Shown here: one piece after another, positions 12,154 to 22,131 of the stretch
How the letters are laid out: every line of letters starts with the position of its first letter
How positions within the stretch are numbered: position 1 is the stretch's first letter
From: Blasia pusilla
Taxonomy: Eukaryota
Length of the DNA: 64,000 nucleotides
NCBI GenBank assembly: GCA_050084515.1
Contig: CM114271.1
Span: 18,848,001-18,912,000, forward strand
Direction: 5' to 3'
Program-made: the position numbers and the translations under genes
Notes under the pieces: model-generated
What the model was told of the DNA's origin: nothing
Database searches by the model: none
The model's input: the letters and a program-made list of their open reading frames with translations, nothing else

Positions 12154-13009
12154 CACGACACGAAGTCATTTTCGGGTTACCACACGTGAGGGGAAGGGTA
12201 TTAAGTAGTGAGGCTTTAAGGGTAGGGAGGGGGCATTCAAGTAATGAACCTGTTTGTGTGAATTTTATCATTTTATCAGATGGGTAGAAATATTCCAATA
12301 GGAAAAATCATAAGGATTTGAGTAAAATAGAAAAATACTTTATTAAGTACTAATAATTTATTTAATATTATAATGGGGGATTATAAATATTAATAAAATG
12401 AAATCATTTGGATTAATAAAATTTAAAATTTGTGTCTTAATTCACATGTGATGGAAAGGGAAATTTTAATGGATAAGGAGTAGATCAAATTTCATGGAAG
12501 GTTGAAATTATTTAGAAGATTGGGATGTAATTTAAATTTGAATGGAGTATTGTAATTACTTAAAAGAGTGAAATTTTATTATTCTTCCTAGATTTTAGAA
12601 AATAATAGTAATATTTTAAATTTTAAATTCATGGTGTGCTTATTTTTATTAATTCACATGTGATATTTTGGGAAAGGAAAATAAATTTGAATGGAAAAAA
12701 AAATCATTTAATTAAATAAAATTAAGTAAGAATTATTTTAGTGAGTGTGATTTTGGTAAGAAGAGTGGAAGGGGAAGAATAATTTTTGTTGGAACTTTTA
12801 GGGAGGAATGTAATTATTTAGGGGAGGCGGATATTATCTAAAGGTGATTTTCTTACTCTTTTAAGATTTATAAGAGTGGAAATTACACCTTCAAATTTAA
12901 ATTAAATATATTTTAAAAATTTAAATATAATTTTTAAAAATAGCATCGACACTGTTTATAAGCCATTCTATTGAGGGAACTGTGCTAGGCGTGCATGGCA
13001 CGGGCAACA

Positions 13010-13234
13010 TCTACATTATTATGGGAGAGTGCCTTCTTGATTTGCAAACACCTCACCTCTCGGTTTGACACGTGGCAACTACGTAGCAAGAAAATATGTC
13101 TCCTTATGCAAGCAGCGATAAAAAAGATTTGAATTTTTGTGTTTCATCATTAATCTCTTCCCTTCACAAATTATACACTAAAAAAAAATTTCAAACACTT
13201 TTTATACTTGTGCATAGCACACGCACCTTACTAG
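13010..13234 (+). mobile_element. Short non-autonomous Helitron
   Basis: A|TC start, subterminal hairpin GTGCATAGCAC, CTAG|T end, no TSD. Confidence 0.6.
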
Positions 13235-13666
13235 TTATTATTATTGGAGAGTGCATTTATAGAGGGTGTCATGCCTCTTGTAAGACTTTGTCTTTTTGGG
13301 CTTATAGTCACTTGACACGGGTTGTGTTCGCCCTCTCAATTTTGAAAGGCATCCCACCTACTTAAGAATAAGAATTATTTGCCGTTACAAGAGGGCGGAT
13401 GAGGGTTCGGATGCCTTTCACCTATGCTGCGTACGGGTATGAGGTAGTATCTTGGATATGAACATGGTTTTCAAACGTCAAAATTGTTTTGAATTTTGAA
13501 TTTAGTTGGTAGAAGGTCTTTTACTTTTTTTATTGGTGCCCAATAGTAGCACTTAAGAACTCAAGTTCAAATTATGATTAGACGGAGTGGGAAAGTGGAT
13601 TTCATTAGTCTATTTATTGAGGATCTTTTTGGATGTTTCGTCTAGCCTGTCTTTTTTAATAATATA

Positions 13667-13694
13667 CTAGTGTATAACTTGTGCAATGCACGGG
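13667..13694 (-). mobile_element. Helitron 3' terminus (element extends rightward, 5' end not identified)
   Basis: Minus strand reads CCCGTGCATTGCACAAG-ttataca-CTAG|T: hairpin plus CTAG. Confidence 0.55.
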
Positions 13695-14043
13695 AGTGAA
13701 GGCACTAATCATGGTTTACAAAAATTCATAAGAGAGTAGTAGAGAGGTGCTTTGGTTGAGTAATCATTAAAGTATTCATTTTCAAAAATAGTTCTCAAAT
13801 TATGAGCATAAAAGTCTTATTTTTCAAAATATTTATCAAATCATGAACATAAAATTATTATTTTTCAAAAAAAATGAAATTAATTCATGAAGGTTTGCAT
13901 TCATAAAAAAATTACGATGATACTTTTAATATAGTTTCAATTAAATTATCTGAAAATATATCCTTTTTTTTATCATGGAAAGATTTGAAGATAAGCATTT
14001 TCCATGCAACGAACATAAAAAATTCTATACATGTCGTGTCTCC

Positions 14044-14424
14044 CTAGGTTGGACACGCACAAAGTGTGTATCCGTGGACATGTTCATGCAGGCCTGGCTA
14101 TCGACGATCTATACTCAAGCCCGCCCCGCCCACATAGACTCGGGCTCGACCAACCCACACCTAGCCTAGGAACCCGTGGCCTATTCTTACAACCCGTTTT
14201 ATAGCCCACATTGCCCCCCACCCCCATGTCTGCATTGGCCTGTAAAGAGCAGGCCTTGAGTGGGGTTAGGGCAGGATGGTATAGCCAATTCTTGTCCATC
14301 TCCCTTAATCTGAGCATGCACTTGTTCCAGTGGTCCTAAGCTTGTGCGAGCCATTGGGATAGTGAAAAAACCGGGGCATGGGATCCGTTAGGTCTATGGA
14401 CATATCCATTTCTGTGCAACCTTG
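14044..14424. mobile_element. hAT-type MITE (CAAGGTTGCAC TIR family), left TIR degraded
   Basis: CTAGGTTGGAC...GTGCAACCTTG with GGACATG subterminal motifs as in other copies; no TSD seen. Confidence 0.7.
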
Positions 14425-14709
14425 ACATTATCTCGAACTTACTTTTAATCTCAAAACTATCATATGGAAATCTTCTAAAAAATTTCTTATGCATTTTTCC
14501 ACCCAAATTTTCTCCCTACATTTTCAAAGAAATTAACAATTTTTTTCTAGATGAGATGGGGCATTAACTCCAAATTTTTATTGTTATCAAAGATAGAGAT
14601 TAAGGATGTCAAAGTCTCTATAATTGCCATTTAAAAAAATAAAATCCAAATTAAGTTATACAAAAGAAAATTTGTTAAAATTTTGAAAACTAATTGTGTG
14701 AGATTTTAT

Positions 14710-15200
14710 CGTGCGCATACACATCGCTACACAACATACATCGTTGTCATCAAACACACACACAAACACGCACGATCCCATGCTAACTCATGACATCCAA
14801 ACAACGAGACAAGAAGTACCAAAATATCTCTAATAAAATAAGATCCAATCTCTCTCACAACACCATAGTTCTCACATGTGTGCACTCTCACATGTCTCTC
14901 CCAATGTCAAACCAAATCCACTCTCCTAATGAGAGGCTTGGGTTACACACACAAGGCAAGCAAGACCATAGTTTTGTCGCCTCATGCCAAGAGGTTCAAC
15001 AAAAGAAGAGAACGAGCTCTCAAGCTTTCTCTCCTTGAGGTATACCCCTCCCCTCTCCCAAGCTCTCTCCATGGTAACCTATGCTCCCAAGTCACCTCCT
15101 TGGCACTTGACCTCATGTAGGGGGTTAAGGGCCACTTACCAAAAATAGAAATTCAATCATATACTCAAAATGGTACTTACCTAAAATAGCAATTTCCTCA
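14710..15200. repeat. Dispersed repeat, probably LTR-derived; similar to 40120-40245 and 39095-39960
   Basis: Shared blocks ATCGCTACACAACATACAT, GTACCAAAATATCTC and ATGCCAAGAGGTTC. Confidence 0.6.
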
Positions 15201-15204
15201 ATAA

Positions 15205-18103
15205 CCGATGTAGAGTCCTACGACGTCTTGGTTGGTGGAGCAGTATTGTACACGATGGGGTTTTCCCTTGATTAATGGGAGGAATCAGCGTCTTGAGGAC
15301 CAAGATGGCAGTTCGGTGATGGATGACTTTATTCATTACCCGTTTGATTCACATGTGTGCTGATCAAGCGACGGCTAGAAGAGATGGCGACCTTAGCAAC
15401 ATTTAGCAATGCCATCACTAGGCCTAGTGATTTGATTGAGAGACATGTCCATGCAAAGGACACTCCCGTTCCTGAAATTTCTATGGAGAGGAGTGTCATG
15501 GTAGTCGCATCCACCCATGGAGGAGAGTTGCCGATTTGGGGCTCGATTGAGGAGTTACGACACTTAGCCACTGAGCATGTGCAGACCGCGTGGAGCGAGA
15601 TGTTCACACCAAAGCGTGACGGGTCAGAGGAACCCGAGGTAGCCAAAGTGCTACTATGACCCCTTTGGACATCACCCCGATTGTGTGGTGCATTCTAGAG
15701 GAGGGTATTTGCGTGCTGGATCTCTTTGGAGGGATCAACACTGGTTTAGGGATCAACATTGTTGTTTTGCAGGCTGCAGTGCGCATGGAGCAATACCTGT
15801 ACGTGGAGGTTGATGATGTTGCGAGGCGCGCTTCACTTCACTATGTGGTGTAGTTACGCCTCTTATTTCCTGCCTTGTTGACAGCGTCCGCCGTCCAGGG
15901 ATACCAGAGTTCTCTACCGAGGGACACTTCATTGTTGGGGGCACAGGACTTGGAGAGGGCAAGGACCATAGATTTGGTCATTACAGGTTGGCCGTGTCAG
16001 GGCCAATCGAGTGTTGGACGAGGTAGCGGGTTAGTTGAATCTCGGTCCAGGTTGTTTTGGGGGATAATGCGGATCTTGTGACATTTGCAGAAGCATCGGT
16101 CACGTTCTCCAGTATACATTCTAGAGAATATGCCTATCTTAGGAGATTCGAGGCCAGGGTGGTGACGAGTGCACATCAAGTGCATGCATGGATCATCTCA
16201 GCAATGTTTTTGGATGGAGCGAGTGTAGGTTCTAGAGCACACCACCCCCGTCTTTGGTGGACCAACTTGTTGCCACACAAGGTGTTGTGGAGGGTATATG
16301 CACGAGTGGAGCGCCCCTCCCGATTGTTGGTGGATTCCATATTGGATCCGGGCCGTTGATCACAAGTAGTGAGGCATGAAGATCGACCTCCGTTGACTGT
16401 GGTCAACAAGATTGGCATGCCACGGGCAACCTTCCCCACCTCTGTGAGTTTTTTTTGCTTCCTATGCATTCAATGATGCCGAGCGTGGCTTGGTTTGGGA
16501 TGACCAGGTACAACGATTGGTGGAGCCCAATGCCGATGAGCAAGAGTGAGCGATGGGATTTCCCGAGGAGTGACGTCAGTACCGTCACTATCAGAGGCAT
16601 CACGACGTCATGTCTTGGGTCAGGAGATGGACCTAAACTTCTTGACATGGATTTTCAGCTTAGGAGTGGCTGAGCAGCATCGTTTGAGATTGCGACAGAT
16701 TACAACTGTTGCGTTGGTGAGCCCCATGCCTACTGAGATGGTTGAGGCAGTGGCTGGGGGCGAGACTCGAGAAGATTGACATACCAGGGATGATCGGGAG
16801 AGACGCCTTTGGACTTCTTGGGATGTTTTGCAAGTACACTAGGATATGATAGCCACAACATCAAGCATGGTTATGGGTACTGCACGTGGAGGAGATCCGA
16901 TTTTACAATTGATTGTAGGGGAGCATTCGAGTTATGTTGTTCGAGACGGGGTTGCACCATAGCAACCACCGACATCCACACTAGAGATTCCTACCGTAGT
17001 CACGATGGAGACTTAGGAGCCAGATATATATGGGCCCTAAGTTGATAGGAGGAGAGCGACGCCAGATATATCAGTTCTTGAGGAGTTATAGGAGCTATTG
17101 TGCATTTAGCATGCATGATTTGGGTATGCTAAATGGTCCAGGGATCCGCATAGAATTATCGAGCGACACGCCGATCTTTCGACGACCCTACAGGTACAGT
17201 GACATGGAGAGGGCTCTCATTTAGAGTAGGAGCTAGGACTTGGTTGGAGCAAGACTAATGGAGATGTCGCATGGAGGGTATGCATCTCCCATTGTCATGC
17301 CCGCCAAGAAGGATATGCATGGCAACTCGACGGATAGGCGGATGTCGAGGCGGACAATTGATGTCTTACCGACATATCAATCGACAAACAAAGTCCGATA
17401 GGTATGCCATGCCCACTCCTGAGGAGATCTTTGATGCTATTGGGCATGCAAAGATCTTCAATTTGCTAGATCTTTAAGCCAGATACTATCAGCAGCTTAT
17501 CAGATAGGAGGACAGGCAGAAGACGGCATTTTGGGCATCCATCCTCACGGGAAGGATTGTTTATACCAGTGGCGGTTCTTACCATGTGGATTAAAGAATG
17601 CCCTGATTGAGTTTCAGAGGGTCATGGATAGGATCTTGGCAGATCTGGATTTTGCTAGGTGTTATATTGATGACATCTTAGTCTTTAGCGTCATGGTTGA
17701 GGAGCATGAGTGACATCTAGAGGAGGTGTTTTGACGATTGCAGTTAGATGGGCTGAAGCTACATCCAGGCAAGTGCAAGTTCTTATACAACCAGATTGAG
17801 TACCTGGGTCATACGATATATCCAAGGGATCTTAGTGTGCAATAGACAAAGATAGAGGCTATTTTACGCATTCCACGCCCTACAGATATGAGTCGAGTTC
17901 GTTCATTCTTGGGATTAACAAGCTTCTATCGACGGTACGTCAAGGGTTTTAGTTCAATTGCGAAGCCGCTAACCTTGCTGACCAAGGTGGATCAAGACTG
18001 GCACTGGGGGGATGAGCAAGAGAGAACATTTCAAGTGCTCAAGGATAGATTGACATCCGCGCCCACATTGAGGAGACCAATCAGGGGGCGTCCTTTCCAT
18101 TAG
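15205..18103 (+). mobile_element. Ty3/gypsy pol fragment: protease tail - C5 DNA methyltransferase - RT - start of RNase H; many stops
   Basis: ESYDVLVGGAVL (retropepsin C-terminal motif); PIFRRPYRYS, YAMPTPEEIFD, LPCGLKNA, CYIDDILVFS, KCKF, RSFLGLTSFYRRYVKGFS; truncated after RPF. Confidence 0.92.
15656..16670 (+). pseudogene. Cytosine-C5 DNA methyltransferase domain within gypsy pol
   Basis: Motifs in canonical order: I VLDLFGGI, II YLYVE, IV IDLVITGWPCQG (PCQ 15992-16000), V RSRLFW, VI YILENM (ENM 16124-16132), VIII AHHPRLWWTN, IX EPNADEQE*AMGFP, X RRHVLGQEMD. Confidence 0.9.
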
Positions 18104-18780
18104 AAAACCATTCTAATGGAATGAGCGAGGAATTATATAGGATTCCAAGTGAAGTCAGTTTGAGATGATCGATCCGTGTCCTTTTGTCAATCTCAACTCT
18201 TGGTTTTCATAACTGATTGAGGAGTGGCTCGGATGATTTTGACATATGCAATTTTGATCTAATCCGCAATATCTTTTCCTGACACAGATCTTGAATCTGT
18301 GACGTCCAAATTTGAATTTTGAAATGGATGCGAGTATTAGGTTAAGTAACGTAGATGTGCTGACATGGATCTAATCTGGTTTGCTAGTCAAACATCAAGT
18401 TTGTCATGAATGACAAGTATAAGTAGCAACGTTTTATGAGATAATTTTTTTGCTATCGATCTCTCTACACCGGAGGTGCAAAGTGCTTGCTTTGCAAGTG
18501 AGGAAAGAATGTGAGCGCCCGGTTTTTGATCTTTTGTAGGTCGACGCAGAAATACAATCGTGAGGTTCTTTTTTCCTCTCCTTCCGAATGCACCACTTCT
18601 GTTGTTGTTGATATGGTCTACGGTGGAGCTCAATAGGAGTTCATTCTGATGTCAATTGCGGCAAGATAGAAAATGCCTCTAAGGGGGTTTCAGATACTAT
18701 GACTTCCAAGCCTAAAGGAAGATCGTTTGTCAAGGTTTAGGGTAGAGAACGACATCTTTACCATGCTTGATTCAAAGTGT

Positions 18781-18843
18781 ATTCGGCGCGCAACGCGCCG
18801 AATGCCTTGGCATTGTATCCTGATATTCGTAAAGGATACAATG
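18781..18843. repeat. Two adjacent perfect hairpins
   Basis: ATTCGGCGCG-caa-CGCGCCGAAT (18781-18803) and CATTGTATCCT-N11-AGGATACAATG (18811-18843). Confidence 0.85.
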
Positions 18844-19029
18844 AGGTTCTAAAAATAAAAGGAGGTTCTAACATTCCTATTTCTCAAGTCATATAACTGA
18901 TTTGAAAATCCAATGCACTTGGCATATGAAGCGCACATCCAAACTAGTATCATGCCCATCCAAATAGCTCCTTAGAGGTCTCGATGAGTTCATTTTGGAC
19001 TCCATTTACGAGAAGTAAGGTGTAGTTTC

Positions 19030-20880
19030 TCGTTCTCATTTCTAGCACTGGAGGGAACAGTTCCATCGGTTTGATTCAGAAACTTTAGTTCTAAATGCCC
19101 TCATTTAGGGCTCCCTTATCATTTATGGAACCAAAATGGTAGTTTCGATTGATCCTCCTTCTCATTTCAAGAACTGGATCTTTACTTCCAATGGTGGGCA
19201 GTAAGGAAAGAGGCCGGTGATTTGATTTGGGAACTACAATTCCAAATGCCCCCGTTCGGGCTTAGGGTTAGTGTCAAGAACTGGAACCTGAGTTCCGATT
19301 GATCCTCCTTTTCATTTCGAGAACTGGATCTCTATTCTAATAGCGAGGAATCCGAGAAGGAGGTCCACAATCTCATTTGGGAACTACAATTCCGAAAGCA
19401 GCCGTTCGGGCTCAGTTGTCGATCTGGAATGAAAACATGAGTTCCAATTCATCCTCCTTCTCATTTGGAGAATTGGAACTAGAGTTCCGATGGTGAGGTA
19501 GTAAAGAACAAGGCCAGAGATTTGATCTAGGAGTTCTGAAAGCCCTCGTTTAGATGGGGACTCCCGTCTCTACACCCAGAACCTGAGTTCCGATTGATCC
19601 TTCTTCTCACTTTGATGGTGAGGCAGTAAGGAAAGAGGCCGGAAATTTGATTTGGGAACTACAGTTCCAAGAACCCTGGTTGAGGTAGGGACTCGCGTCT
19701 CTGGAACCGGAACCTGAGTTCCGATTGATCCTCCTTCTCATTTCGAGAACTGGAACTAGAGTTCCGATGGTGAGGTAGTAAGGAAAGAGGACGGTGATTT
19801 GATTTGGGAACTAAAGTCTTGAGAGCCCTGGTTTAGGTAGGGACTCCCGTCTCTGGAACTAAAACTTGAGTTCCGATTACTCTTCCTTCTAATTTCGAGA
19901 ACTGGATATAGAGTTCTGATCATGAGGAAGCGGGGAAGGAGGACGGGGAACTCATTTGGGAACTTAAGAGATGGACTCTCGTCTATGGAACCAGAACTTG
20001 AATTCTGATTCATCCTCCTTCTCATTTTGAGAAGTGGATCTCTCCGATGGTGTGGAAATCGGGAAGGAGGCCCTCAATATCAACTTGTGAAGTACAGCTC
20101 CGAACGCGCCCGTTCGGGCTAAATTGTCGTATTAGGAGCCTAAGTTCTGATTGATCTTGCTTCTCATTTGGAGAATGGGATCTCTAGTGCCGATAACGAG
20201 AAATCTAATAAGGAGGCCCGTGATCTCATTTGGGAACTACATTTCCGAAAGAAGCCGTATCCTAAACCCTAAACCCTAAACCCGTTCGGGCACAATTGTC
20301 GAGGCTGGAACCGGAACTTGAGTTCCAATTCATCCTCCTTTTTTTGAGAAGTAGATCTAGAGTTCCAATGGTGAGGTAGCAAGGGAAGAGGTCAAAATTT
20401 TCATTTGGAAACTATTGTTCCAAAAGCAGCGATTTGGGCTCAGTTGTCCTCTCTAGAACCGGAACCTGAGTTCCGATTGATCCTCCTTCTCAATTCGAGA
20501 ATTGGAACTAGAGTTCCGATGGTGAGGTAGTAAGAAAGCGGTTGGAAATTTGATTCGGGAACTACACTTCCGAAAGCAGCGGTTCGGGCCGGATGTCCTC
20601 TCTGAAACCGGAACGTGAGTTCCAATTGATCCTCCTTCTCATTTCGAGAACTAGAACTAGAGTTTTGATGGTAAGGTAGTAAGGAAATTGGATGGCGATT
20701 TGATTTGGGAACTACAGTTCCGAAAGCCCTTATTTAGGTGGGTGCTCACGTCTCTGGAACCAAAACTTGAGTCCCGATTGATCATCCTTATGATTTTGAG
20801 AACTGGATGATTCTAGAGTTCCGATGGTGAGGTAGGAAGGAAAGAGGCCAGCGATTTGATTTGGGAACTACAATTCCCAA
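19030..20880. repeat. Tandem array, ~12 units of ~150 bp
   Basis: TTCCGATTGATCCTCCTTCTCATTT recurs at ~19143, 19293, 19442, 19588, 19719, 19871, 20003, 20145, 20323, 20471, 20621 and 20772; several GGAAC-N4-GTTCC palindromes per unit. Confidence 0.92.
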
Positions 20881-21079
20881 ATTCTGACGCTTGGGTTTCT
20901 TCCTGACAGTGTATTACTTTCATTAAAGGGATTGGCTCGTGCCGTTTGGATAACAGAAATAACGGTTAGTATGTTAAGATCTACACCTGGGAACCACACA
21001 GATTATGATCTCCCATGTTCATTCAAGTATGTACTCGAGATCCTATTGCAAGCCGTCAAAAGCCTAACTTGGTAATGGT

Positions 21080-21350
21080 TCGAACGTAGTATCCCTTCAA
21101 ATGCTGAAACGGTCCGTTCAGACGCGGTATATATCGTTTCTGACGTAGTATCCTTTCCGACCTGGTAAGGATCCAGACGTATTATCCTCTCTGACGTTAT
21201 ACTGCTCCAGCCTTGTAGCCCTTCAAGTTTGCAAACGTGACACACATAGTAGCCCTTCAGGCTTGGAAACCCTTTAGACTTGGTACCCCTTGAGAAGGTA
21301 TCACGGCTTCTGATGTCGTGGCGATTCCAACGTAGTACCCCTTTGGCCTT
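21080..21350. repeat. Short degenerate repeats (ACGTAGTAYCC / GTAGCCCTTCA)
   Basis: Motifs at ~21084, 21143, 21214, 21249 and 21330. Confidence 0.55.
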
Positions 21351-22131
21351 GTGCTAAGTTGTTCGTACTGCGGACAAAGAACCAATCATGAAGAAATGCT
21401 ACGGTTCACTACTTCGTGTTTTGACTGGTAGAGGTTTGGAGGGAGTAATTCTGAAACTGCCCTACAAATGTACTCTATTGTAGCCACGGGAGCCTACATA
21501 GTTTTGGCGGGCGAATGTACGCTAGTATCTAATATGGAAGCTTGATTGAACCGCGGGGGTAGATTGGAACGTATATTAGGGTAAGGAATCTTGTAACACA
21601 ATCAGGCTGCTGTCAAATTTCCTCCTCTTTCGGACAGTGAGTTTCTAACCAAGGTGGACATCATCCTTGTTGGGCTCTGTCGGGTGTTAGGAACGTCATC
21701 ATTGTAAGTTTTAGTATCAATTCCTAGATTTGCGAGAGAAACAGAAGGACGATAGCTCATACATTTTTTTAATGAGGAGTTCGGATTGAATCCGGTGGTG
21801 TCAGTGGACCCCCTGGTTTCAAAATCTTTAACTCATTGAATTCCACCGTAGACTAGAGCAACAACTGCCACAGAGACTGAGTTTTGAAATTCTTGAGGTT
21901 GTGCAGATCTCCACTTTCCAATTCACCAAGGTTAGTTCACGTTTACATATGTTCCCACTAAATGGATTTATGATGAGTACTATATTGGTTGATTCTTGCC
22001 TATTGTGCATTAAGAAAAGGGTTTTCTCTCTTGTGTTTAATGCATTGCTTACGGATTCTTGTGTTATAGTTAAGTTTTTCGGTCTACTATCATGGTTAAG
22101 AAGCAGATTCTTACCCGGACAAAGATTCTAG

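Noticed and set aside
15656-16670. Host DNMT gene or bacterial contamination
   Set aside because: It is intronless, colinear with gypsy protease and RT, and shares their decay pattern.
18098-18110. CATTAGAAAA as a decayed CACTA terminus for the large element
   Set aside because: It overlaps the gypsy codons at the truncation point, and no matching TAGTG end was found near 36 kb.
19030-20880. CRISPR-like appearance of the palindromic repeat arrays (also 33940-35420)
   Set aside because: Whole units are repeated with no unique spacers, there are no cas genes, and the context is eukaryotic.
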